Positions 15,415 through 26,247 of a stretch of DNA of 64,000 nucleotides are shown piece after piece; within the stretch, counting starts at the first letter, position 1; every line of letters starts with the position of its first letter. The notes beneath the pieces were generated by a model. That model was not told the origin of the DNA. It saw nothing but the letters and a program-made list of their open reading frames with translations, and searched no databases. The stretch is from assembly GCA_965644295.1 (NCBI GenBank), contig CBFFRP010000218.1, positions 186,001-250,000 of the forward strand. The letters run 5' to 3'. A program made the position numbers and the translations under genes. Source of the DNA: Paraphysomonas bandaiensis (Eukaryota; Protista; Chrysophyceae).

Positions 15415-16244
15415 TTATTCAGCTCTTGGAGCACTTTTCTTCGCCGATGATTTCGGCAAGTTTAATTTGCCAGGAACATTTTGAAACTTTTTCATAGTAA
15501 AGTGCTTTTTTGGTTCCTTTGTACATACATCTTAGATAATGCTTTACAAAAAAAAATAATACCTCTTTATTTGCACTTTTCGTTTTAGATTCTACCATAG
15601 TGGAAGCTCTCGTAGAACGAGGGAGAGGAAGAGCACTCTTATCAACAAGACCATGGAGTGAAGGATAATCCGCATCATAATTGGTAAAATCCGTGTATTT
15701 AGCCTGTATCAATGCCTCCATTGACTCGTCAGCACTATAATATCTGTTACACAGGAAATACAAACCCTGTACGACTTACTATACTGTTTTTTGTCCAAAC
15801 GGACCCTCGAAAGCAGATGACGCATTTGTATTGGTCTCAGCGTTCAAAATTTCTTTCATTCTAATATGAGTGTGATCCTCCGCAAATTTCCTTGCCGCTT
15901 TAGCGGTAACAGCGCTAGTAAAAAATTACTATCATACTTCGACATAATATACACTTACCCATGCTTGATGGCTAATATGTTGGAGTGAATGTGACTTCGT
16001 ACTGAAGCCTTCGAAGCAGATGGATCGGCAGTTATCCAATTCGATATAACTACACAGACTTAATTATATATATCATATTCTATTCACAGCAGCAACCTTC
16101 TCCAGCTCCTTCAGGGTCCGGAGGACTCTTCATTCCATATACAAAGGGTCCTTCCGGTAAGTTACGTGTGGTTGCTTTCACACACCCAACTCTATCCTTT
16201 ACCATTGTTCTCCTCTTCGGAGCCTTTCTTTCATGTTCAGACAT
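15415..16244 (-). CDS. CFAP77: Cilia/flagella-associated protein 77-like (DUF4483), multi-exon
   Basis: Manual splicing gives MSEHERKAPKRRTMVKDRVGCVKATTRNLPEGPFVYGMKSPPDPEGAGEVISNW...AVTAKAARKFAEDH...HFTMKKFQNVPGKL...RAE*. The NLP..FVYG..DPEGAGEVISNW and MKKFQNVP motifs match my recollection of CFAP77. Mostly missed by the ORF track. Confidence 0.75.
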
Positions 16245-16810
16245 GATCTTCTAAATTGAAATGACTAGACAAAATAGACACACAGGCACTTCAAAGCAGC
16301 ACTGTGTGAATGAGTTGAGTGTCTTACCAGCATCTGCCGCTAAACATGCAAACATCCATATGCCGTTGATATGAAACCGTCGTATTTCATCAAATACATT
16401 GATGTAGTTTGAGGAATACAGTGATGAGGGGATTGTCATTATACAGGCTGTAGTATGTGGTATACTGTGGTCGATATTGGTGTTGATAGGATGGTATTGC
16501 ATGCATCATTTTTGGGGATTTTTTCCTATGATTTTAGCAACATATATATAATACTTCATAGTAGCATACTTTCATACAAAATATACGTTAAATTGTATTG
16601 CTAAATTTCCTCGTAATTACTGGTGTCGAATATTGCATTAGTTTCTATATTTCCACACACTGTGGCAATCCACATACATACATACATACATACATACCTC
16701 ATTAATAAACACACATAATTCAATAGAGTTTACATATTCTCAATTAATAAGAACAAAGAAAAAAACTTGTTAATCTTTATAACGATAATCATTTATAGAG
16801 ATTGTAATTA

Positions 16811-19800
16811 ATGAAATTAAATAGATCGTTATTTATAGTGTTCTCTGTATGGTTCACTATAAGTGTCAATGGAGTTGATCGATCTAAGTTTAGAAAATGT
16901 TCTGATACTGGATTTTGTCGAAGATATCGTCATGTAGAAGATCGATCAGAACAGGTACACGTCTATGTATGTGTGTATGTATGTAGGGGTGTATAGGTAC
17001 ATGTGTAGAGGTGTATGTACATATCTATAGTGTCGTATAAGACCCTCATGTTATATATATATTGGTACAGTACTCGATCGATGAGAGCTCTATGGAATGG
17101 AAGGATGGGAAATTGACTGCTGCTGTGCTTGGGGGACCGAGACAGTTATTTTCGAAACCATTGAGTCTTTCGATTATTCCTTATGAAAGTGGTACAGTTC
17201 GGGTGAAAATAACTGAAGAGGCTTTTAGATGGGAGGTATGAGTGGTTGGATAATGTTTACCTATTTTAACAAGTGATATGTGTGCAGCCTTCAGATATTT
17301 TGCAGCCAGAAGGGCTTCTAGTTTCTAAGTTTACGCCTCTATCAGAGAGCGATTCAAGCTATCCCGCCGCTCTTAAGACCAACACTGAACGCAAGCAAGT
17401 ATTGCAATTCGGTGAAGGGGGACGGGGCGTCCTTGCCGTTTACTTGTCTCCTTTACGAGTAGAGATGTACACTAATGGTGTACTGACCGTATCTGCTAAT
17501 GCACTCGGTATGATGCACTTTGAACAAAAGCACGATTCCCAAGCGCACGCTAGGTCTCTGGAATCTGTGCAGGATGAGGTGGATCGACATGGTGGCAAAG
17601 AAGTGGTCGACTACGGTGAAGACGGGCTTGCAGTTTATGCTGATGGCACGCGAGAGGAGAAGAGAGTTGAACCAGATACCACTAAAGAGGATGGATCTCG
17701 GCGTGAGCTCTCTGGTGACTGGGAGGAATCGTTTGGTGGACATACTGATACTAAGCCAGAGGGACCAATGTCGGTTGGAATGGACTTTACCTTTCCCCAT
17801 GCCGCTGAGGTATATGGCATACCGGAGCATGCCTCTTCCTTGGCTCTCCGTACCACCTCTTCCCCGCTTTCTCAGCCTTCTCCTTCGGCCGGAAAGTACA
17901 AAGAGCCGTATCGGTTGTACAACCTTGATGTGTTTGAGTACGAGCTTGATGAGCCGATGGCTCTCTATGGTCATATTCCCGTTATGCTGGGACATGGATT
18001 GGTTCAGCAGCCATCTGGAGGGCACATTGGAGTTACGGCAGTAAGTTTCATGTTCACACTTACTGTCAACTATGTTTTATATATAGATGTACTATAAATA
18101 TTCTTTCACCTAACAGTTGTAGCTACTGTAATACTTGTTTATAGGGAGTGTTTTGGTTTAATCCCACAGAGACATTCGTGGATGTTTCTGAGACTGTAAC
18201 TGGAACAGGCCGACACAGTCATTGGATATCTGAGACTGGCAACATTGATTTTTTCTTAATGCCCGGACCCTCTCCTCAGGATGTTTGGAGGCAATACTCT
18301 AGACTCACCGGTACTCAGCAACTGCCTCCCTTGTTTTCACTTGGCTACCATCAGTGCCGCTGGAACTACAGGGATGAAAGGGATGTCAATGCTGTGGAGA
18401 GCAAATTCGAAGAGCTCGACTACCCGTACGATGTTTTATGGCTGGTATGCGTTGTAATATTATGCAATTATTAGAAATATGTGGTGAATATTTTTACTGC
18501 AGGACATCGAGCATACGAACGGGAAGCGATATTTTACATGGGACAAGAGACCATTTCCCAATCCTATCGAAATGCAGAAAAATATCAGCGCTCATGGACG
18601 TAAGATGGTGACCATAGTCGACCCCCATATCAAGAGAGATAACCAGTAATATTTGATGTAGTGAGCTAGCTATGTAGCTGAGTTATGTGTTCTATAGGTA
18701 TGCGATCCATAAAGAGGCCGAAGAGAAAGGCTTGTACGTTAAGAACAAGGATGGAAAAGATTTTGATGGATGGTGTTGGCCGGGTCAGAGTTCCTATCTA
18801 GACTTCACAGATGCCAGAGTACGTGAATGGTGGGCTGGTCGGTTTGCATTAGATAAGTACGAAGGCTCTACACTTGATCTGTTCACCTGGAACGATATGA
18901 ATGAGCCCTCAGTTTTTAACGGTCCGGAAGTGTCAATGCAGAAGGACTGTCAAAATATCAACGGGATTGAACATAGATACTGGCACAATCTCTACGGCAT
19001 TTACATGCAGCGCGCAACGGCAGAAGGCCTAACTCTACGTGATCAACCTACGCAGTCTCTACGTCCTTTTGTATTGTCTCGTGCATTCTGGTCTGGCTCT
19101 CAGAAGTATGGAGCTATATGGACTGGTGACAATACCGCCACTTGGGGACATCTGAAGATTTCCGCCCCTATGTTGTTGTCGATAGGACTGGCTGGATTAC
19201 CTTTCGCTGGAGCAGATGTAGGAGGGTTTTTCGGAGAACCGGGCGCTGAGCTGTTCACCCGCTGGTACCAAGCTGGATCTTTTACACCCTTTTTCCGCGG
19301 CCATGCCCACCATGACACTAAACGACGTGAGCCATGGGTGTACGGGGACGTACATACCAACATCCACCGTGATGTGGCGATGACGCGGTACTCTTTACTC
19401 CCTTACTGGTATACAACGTTTTATATTTCTTACCGTACTGGTGTGCCGGTCATGCGGCCGATGTTTGCTGAGTTTCCTAATACAGAAGCTGTGTTTGATA
19501 TGGATGACCAGTGGATGGTTGGGTCAAGCTTACTCGTGAAGCCTGTCACAGATGCTGGGGCAACTTCTGTAGATGTGTATCTACCAGCTGAAGAGGCTCA
19601 TGGATGGTATGACTTCCGCAGCCTTGCCCCCATTTCTGTGCGACTGGGAGGAGAAGTGATGAACGTCCGCGCTCCGCTAGACACCATTCCTGTGTTCATT
19701 CGGGGTGGATCCATTATTCCTCGTAAAATGAGACTTCGCAGATCATCCAAACTTATGTTTTATGATCCTTATACTCTCGTAATTACACCAGACATGACGA

Positions 19801-20183
19801 CTCAGAAGGCCACTGGGGTGCTGTATCTTGATGATGAGACCACACTGGCACATGAGAAGCAGGATGCGTATGCAGTGCGTCAGTTTGAATATGAAGCCAC
19901 GCAAGAAAAAGCGACACTGAAGTGCTCTGCTGTGACCATCGAACCTGTGCCGGCGGACACTGGTGTACCTTCATTTGCAGCCCCTAATAGCGTTGAACGG
20001 GTTATGATTGGAGGTCAGAGCAGGGCACCAACTAAGGTTTTCATTGAAGTATCTCCCGTGAACGGAGCTTCTGAGAAAACTGAGCTGGAGTTCACTTTTG
20101 ACAAGAATGCAAAAGTACTAACCATCAAGAAACCTGGGGCTCTTGTGGTGCGTGATTGGGAAATTACTTTGACGTACGCTTAA
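16811..20183 (+). CDS. GANAB: Glucosidase II alpha subunit (GH31), multi-exon
   Basis: Signal peptide then [46 protein letters not shown], catalytic [42 protein letters not shown]. Confidence 0.95.
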
Positions 20184-21068
20184 GTGAATACGAGTTGAAT
20201 TTTATTGGCTTAAATATATGCAGATGTAGTTCAATGACATCTTGAAACGAGCCTGTGCTTTTCAATTTCGTAATAATTTGAGTGTATGAAATTCATATAA
20301 AGAATATTTTTACTTCTGTACTGTTAGTGTTTGCGCAACGTACTAAATATGAAGTATCGTAGAGATATTGTCAAATTATTATCAAACGTTAGGTATTAAT
20401 TTTGGAAAGTGGTCACCATTCAAAATAACAGCTACTGAAGTGTGGTATCTATTTAACATTTCCAGAATAAAAATTTCTGAAACGGATGTAAAACATTACA
20501 TTTAGTACATAATGTCGATAACTATCTATACTATAATCCCATGTGATAAACTTGTCCCGGTATCGTTTTGCCTGTTCAGCAGGCAATCACATCTGGCAGA
20601 GTTTAGAGAATGGAATGTTTTCCCAATCTGGGATACGGTTTGCCACTAGGTAGAAGAATTCGAGAAGATACTCGACTCACTGCTTCAATACAACCCTAAA
20701 ATATTGAACAAGTAAGCTCCTCCTCTTCTATCCTGGAAGGAAGCGACCACGTTGTTACTATGACGTGTCAATACTCATGCATCTGTATATCTGTATGCAT
20801 CCTGTGCAACCTTATAAGCATAGCATCAGTCCGAGTATCCTTTGAATCGGCTTCTTAGCTTTGCTTACTTCTTTCACGTTGACTGTCTATAGTCAGTGCT
20901 ACGTATATATATATCTGCTGGTAGATGCACATAGCAAACTACACATGAGTTTGTTCAGCACTGATGTTATCAGTAATGCTATAATCATTATCAAAAGGTC
21001 TTATTATCAAGTGTCAGCTCTTATGTGTTAGCTATCATGCAGTTGGATAAATGGGAGTGCAGTTCAGG

Positions 21069-22277
21069 TATGAACAACTCAGGTCTTGCAACCTAAGATC
21101 ACTGAAAAGATATGAAATGGTTGTTTATCGAAACAACAAAACAGAATGCTATAATAATAACTCTTTAAGAAACCAACAGCCAGAAACACAAGCTCCCCTG
21201 TATCCTGCAATCTAAAGCTCCCAATAGACAGATCAGTCAACCAACTATGTTAATTTCATAGAGAATTATTATTAAAAACTAAGTTACAAGCAAAACGAAA
21301 GACAGACCCCTAGTCTAAAGACTCCTCCTCATACACAGGACATTGAATGCAACCACAACCGTACAATATGCTCAAACATGTACTACACTACATACGATTC
21401 ATATCCTACATCGTTTATAGTCAAAAACCCCCTGAAATACGCCTAAATAGGTCTTTTCCAAAAACCTCCGATTTTTGAGTCCCAAAAAACCCAAAAATCC
21501 CCAATTTTTGAGAATTGCAGAAAATCGCCGATTTTCGAGCCACAAACACCCAAAAATGACAATCTTCGAATCCACAAAAATTGCAAGCACATTTCATGAC
21601 AACTGCAATCACATTTCAACCCGTTAAACATCGCCATTCCTGCGAACCAGTGTACAACAGACCTAGCCATCTATACATAGGGAAATTTTACCATCAGCAT
21701 GCCTAGAACACCTATGCATCTGTGCCCAATGGCACCCTACGAATTCCTCCCCATTCCACAGAAAATCGATGGTGTGTGATAATGGGAAAATAATCGTATA
21801 TCATAGTCCGGAACGATGAGCAAGCACATAGAGCTGTTCAAAACCATCAGAAAGCTTCTCATAATGATGAATGGACTACGAATATCGCACATGCGGTACC
21901 AATCAATGTTTCCTAACTCAAATCGCTGTTACACCGACTGCTATATGGATATAGGTGTAAACCAACGGGTGGCAATCACGTAGGCCCACGAAATTGTGTG
22001 TATCACTGCTTCCTAACCCCAATCGCTGCCGTATGCCTCCTCCTAATCACGCTGGTATTACTCATCCCCGTCGAAAAGCTCGTAGGAAATACAGAAGTCG
22101 TGTCCATGATGGTTAGTAAGTCTTGTTTCGTTCCCTTTAGATCACTCTAATAATTCAATCTATCAACTACTTATAAAACTTGTTCATTCCTTCTCCATAT
22201 ACTATAACCGCCTATTATACCAATATATATCATCATATAAAACTACCAAGGGCGTTATAAAAGCCCACGGCTTTACA
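21069..22277 (-). repeat. 3' LTR of Gypsy element 1 (1209 bp)
   Basis: Direct repeat of 27786-28995; element strand reads TGTAAAGCC...GTTCATA. Confidence 0.95.
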
Positions 22278-22296
22278 TTACCCTTTCTCCCCCCGG
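22278..22296 (-). other. Polypurine tract of element 1
   Basis: Minus strand CCGGGGGGAGAAAGGGTAA immediately before the 3' LTR start TGTAAAG. Confidence 0.85.
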
Positions 22297-22305
22297 ATGC
22301 CGTAG

Positions 22306-25300
22306 CTACTCCTGAATAATTTTGGGATAAGCCGCAGCGAGCGACGCATCAACCAAAATCATGCGAGCAGGGTCAAAATCCTTCTGGGACCCCCAACAAT
22401 AGACCAAATAGTTGTCGAAGGCATAGTTGGAACCGTTGAGATTAAAACGGGCGCTAATCTTGCGTTTGGAATTCTTGTGATACCAATGGGTGTACGTGAA
22501 TTCCATGACATACGCGGCCGTGGCATAATCCGGTAAACCAAGACTCTCGTACCACAGGTCACCGTAGAACCTGAGATCAACATAGACAGTATCTCCAACC
22601 GACACTGTTGTGATATTCTCTTTCCTCATTGAAGAAATAAAACGCTTCGCAGTAAACGAGTCGTATGCGAGGTGCCGCAAGTAAGGCCTAGACTCACAGA
22701 AATCATAATATGCCTCACACTGAATATCCGGTGTCCATGGAATGTCCAAGATATCGCCGTCCGCATACTTCACCTTGAAGACCATCGTAGATTTGGTTCG
22801 TGAATCTCCCGTATATGAAAGAATCTCCTCCACCTTAAATTGTTCATGGTCTCGCATCGCCGCTTCAATAGCCGATTCCTTATCTCCGAAAAATGGCTCA
22901 AGATCAGAGACAGAGTATTCCCGAATTCCCCCGGTAAGAAGGTTTCGAATTTGAACATCATTCTTGTATTGCCGTACCACTTCGAAAGGACCCTTCATCC
23001 TCGAGGATAATTTCGGATGTGGTTTAGCACCAGCGTCGAACATAACAAAATCGCCTGGACAATACTGGTTTTGTTTGGCAGGATCCAAACCCGCTTCAGC
23101 TCGTTTCTCAACTAGAGACTTCTGGTAATCTGCTGATATCTGGCGAACTAGAGCTAAGTAATCGTTCAGCCTTTTCAACAGCTGATGAGACGGATCATTG
23201 TCTCTCCCCTGGGCAGCCAAAAGATTCTTATAGATAGAATCCTGGGACCCAAACGTCAGTTCGAACGCAGAATACCCCGTCTCACTACTCTCGTGGGTAT
23301 TCAGAATGAACATGATAGTGGCAAGTAACAGTTCGTCCTCCAAAACAGCATCAGCCTCGATTCGCTTGTCAAAACAAATAGCACGGATGTGACGAACCAC
23401 TTCCTTAATAATACGCTCACATCCATTGACATGCCTGTTGGCAATACTAAAAACATGACGAAGTCCTGACAACTTAACCAGTTCTGCGAAAAGTTCTGAT
23501 TTGAGATCAGGACCCATATCTGATATAATCATATCCGTGAGCCCGTATGTACACCAGCACTTCCACACTGCTGTAGCTAAATTGATAGCTGTCATTCCTT
23601 TCACCGCATATAGGTACACCAATTTCGTAAACAAATTAACCATGACCACAATATGCGTGTAACCAGATTTAGAAACAGGTGTAATAGCAACCGCGTCAAT
23701 TCCCAAAGCACTCCTGGAATGAGGCGGTTTTAAATGTCTAGTGATAGGAATCAATCGCTGCTTCAGCTCTCGCCTATTCTTCTGACAGTTGATACATTCG
23801 TCCACGAAGTCTGCAACCACCTTGAAAGGCACGCCGTGTCCCGGAAATTGCTTACACAGACGCTTCCACGTCTCTTTCGCACCCCAGTGTCCTACTTGCG
23901 CGTTGTGAACCTCCTTGATAGCCTGATGATAATCTATCCTCTGCTCCTCCGTAGGTGGCGCGATCTCCTGCACTTCGTCCTCAAAATCGTCTTTTTCAAA
24001 GATGTTATGCAGTGTCACGAAGTTCACTTCATCTGAGTCGAAATCGTCACTTTCGTCCACAAATCCGGACAAATACAGCAATCTTGACAAGCAATCCGCA
24101 ACCACATTGTTCTTCCCTGGGATATGACGAATCAAAAAGTCAAAATCCTGCAAATAAATTCTCCATCGAATTATCTTCGCAACTTCTGATGCCTCCATCC
24201 ACACAAGGTTGTTGTGGTCCGTCTCGATTGTAAATTTCTTTCCTCTCAGATAAAACGAAAATTTCTTGACTGAATAGAATATACCAAAACCCTCCTTCTC
24301 AATAGTACACCACTTCAAGGCTTGCTCTGACAATTTCTTGGAACAGATAGCAATAGTTTGCTGTTGAATCGGACTAGACCCAGTTCCCTCAACAGTCTGG
24401 AAAAGAATGCCTGCCACTCCATAGTCACTGGCATCTGTCCTAAGTGTCCACTCAAGATCATAATTCGGATAAAACAAAGCACAAGACTGTTGCAAACCAC
24501 TCTTATAGTTTTCAAACTCCTGCCTATAATCGTGCTGCCATGTCGTTTCTTCCCAATTAAAACTACTCTTAGTCATATCCGTAAGATGTTTAACCAAATC
24601 TGAGTAATTCTGAACAAATGGAGCAAAGAATACTCCCAGACCCAACAAAGATCTAATCTTCTTACATCTATTTCCATTCTCTGGAAAAGGAATCTTCAAT
24701 AAAGCCTCTTTCCTATCGTCCGTGAGCTCGAAACTATTGTGCCTTACCAAATAGCCAAAAAACTTGATCTCCCTAAATCCTAACCAGGTCTTTGCAAATT
24801 TCAACACAACTCCATGTTCAATGCATCTATCCAGGAAAATCTCCAGCTTCTTATACGCATCATCAAAATCATGTGCCAATAACAGAACATTATCAAATAT
24901 ACACAGCGCCCATTCCAGATCTCCAAACAATTTGACTACCGCTTCTTGCAACACACTAATCCCTGGAGACACTCCCTCCGGAAGGAATAAAGGCTGAAAT
25001 TGGCCCCACGGTGTTTGAACTGACAATTTTTCAGATGTGTTCTCATGCAACCTGATCTGATGGAACGCATTCGTGAGGTCAATGTCCATAAATATCTTAT
25101 AGCCAATAATACGATCCAACTCATGTCTTACATTAGGAACTGTATAGTGTGGACTTGGAATGTACTTGTTGATTTGCACGTAATCCCCACAAATCCTAAT
25201 AAAAGGTTTCGTGGCTTTTGGCGCGATCACCAAACAAGAAGCCCATAGCGACCTACTAGGAACATAGATGTAACCACACAGTCTCCTGAACTCCTTCTCC

Positions 25301-26244
25301 GCATCCTCATATAATCTAGGATTTACGGGTCTTGCCTTCGGCTTAATCCTAGGAGGCAAATTCTCAGCGAACTTGATGTTCAACGGATCCACTCCTTTTA
25401 TACCTTCCCACCGCTCTGGAACAAATACCTCTACTCCCTTAGTCCTCAATAACTCCAGCACCGGTCGCGCTGCTGAGAACTCTGGAGACACGTGTTCACC
25501 AAACATATCCTCGAACTCGCTCAAAGCTTCCTCTCTAGTTTTTCCAAGAAAACTTGAGGCAAATCCGAACTGCGAAGGGTCCGGAACATCCAATTCTTCA
25601 GGTGCTACCTCCCTACTACTGTCACACCACGGCTGCAATAATTCTTCAACCGCATTCAACAACAAATCATCCTCGGTAACATCGTCCTCACGCCTTTTAA
25701 TAAAACTTACTTCTGATTCAATTCGTTCAATAGTCCTTCCTTTAAGCATAAATAGAAAATAATCCCATAGATCCTTAACGATAGCCGGAAGTCCAATAAT
25801 AATATCGTTGCTACCCATATCAGCAACAATGAAATCCCCGTCATATATCACGAACTCTCCCTTGGAGTCTTCTCTCTCAAACCTCAATTTTAATTTCACT
25901 ACAAAACTACACTTCATTCTCGACGTTTTATCGGCAAATCCTATAACTGTTTCTTTTTTTATGACTTTGTTTTCACACACATGATTTCTAAACGTCTCAA
26001 ACAAATCCTTGGAAATGAAGTTAGATGTTAGGGCTCCAGTGTCGAACAATATTCCACGCACAGATATTATATAGTTATCATCACATACAATGCTTCCCCC
26101 AGAATGAGCCAATGTCAAGTCTTTTCGTTCTCGCGTATTACAGACATTCATCAAATTTCTGAGGAAAACTCGACTAACAGTCTCAGGATCATTCAAACCG
26201 TACAATATTTCTTCGTGATCCTGCGAACCATTAGCCTCGCACAT
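22306..26244 (-). CDS. pol: Gypsy Pol (protease, RT, RNase H, integrase, chromodomain, extra C-terminal domain)
   Basis: LFDTGA protease; DIDLTNAFHQI and CIFDN RT; TDASD and TDHNNL RNase H; HNAQVGH...CINC and DDE integrase, GPFEV; chromo-like FKVEEILSY...FKVKYADG..IPW. Confidence 0.95.
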   Translation of the reverse strand: MCEANGSQDHEEILYGLNDPETVSRVFLRNLMNVCNTRERKDLTLAHSGGSIVCDDNYIISVRGILFDTGALTSNFISKDLFETFRNHVCENKVIKKETVIGFADKTSRMKCSFVVKLKLRFEREDSKGEFVIYDGDFIVADMGSNDIIIGLPAIVKDLWDYFLFMLKGRTIERIESEVSFIKRREDDVTEDDLLLNAVEELLQPWCDSSREVAPEELDVPDPSQFGFASSFLGKTREEALSEFEDMFGEHVSPEFSAARPVLELLRTKGVEVFVPERWEGIKGVDPLNIKFAENLPPRIKPKARPVNPRLYEDAEKEFRRLCGYIYVPSRSLWASCLVIAPKATKPFIRICGDYVQINKYIPSPHYTVPNVRHELDRIIGYKIFMDIDLTNAFHQIRLHENTSEKLSVQTPWGQFQPLFLPEGVSPGISVLQEAVVKLFGDLEWALCIFDNVLLLAHDFDDAYKKLEIFLDRCIEHGVVLKFAKTWLGFREIKFFGYLVRHNSFELTDDRKEALLKIPFPENGNRCKKIRSLLGLGVFFAPFVQNYSDLVKHLTDMTKSSFNWEETTWQHDYRQEFENYKSGLQQSCALFYPNYDLEWTLRTDASDYGVAGILFQTVEGTGSSPIQQQTIAICSKKLSEQALKWCTIEKEGFGIFYSVKKFSFYLRGKKFTIETDHNNLVWMEASEVAKIIRWRIYLQDFDFLIRHIPGKNNVVADCLSRLLYLSGFVDESDDFDSDEVNFVTLHNIFEKDDFEDEVQEIAPPTEEQRIDYHQAIKEVHNAQVGHWGAKETWKRLCKQFPGHGVPFKVVADFVDECINCQKNRRELKQRLIPITRHLKPPHSRSALGIDAVAITPVSKSGYTHIVVMVNLFTKLVYLYAVKGMTAINLATAVWKCWCTYGLTDMIISDMGPDLKSELFAELVKLSGLRHVFSIANRHVNGCERIIKEVVRHIRAICFDKRIEADAVLEDELLLATIMFILNTHESSETGYSAFELTFGSQDSIYKNLLAAQGRDNDPSHQLLKRLNDYLALVRQISADYQKSLVEKRAEAGLDPAKQNQYCPGDFVMFDAGAKPHPKLSSRMKGPFEVVRQYKNDVQIRNLLTGGIREYSVSDLEPFFGDKESAIEAAMRDHEQFKVEEILSYTGDSRTKSTMVFKVKYADGDILDIPWTPDIQCEAYYDFCESRPYLRHLAYDSFTAKRFISSMRKENITTVSVGDTVYVDLRFYGDLWYESLGLPDYATAAYVMEFTYTHWYHKNSKRKISARFNLNGSNYAFDNYLVYCWGSQKDFDPARMILVDASLAAAYPKIIQE

Positions 26245-26247
26245 TTG

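Noticed and set aside
21017-21031. 15-bp match gctcttatgtgttag shared with ~56002-56016
   Set aside because: Too short and does not extend; it cannot be called a repeat family from this window.
21399-21670. Short ORFs duplicated at 28117-28388
   Set aside because: They lie within the LTRs, are low-complexity and have no motifs.
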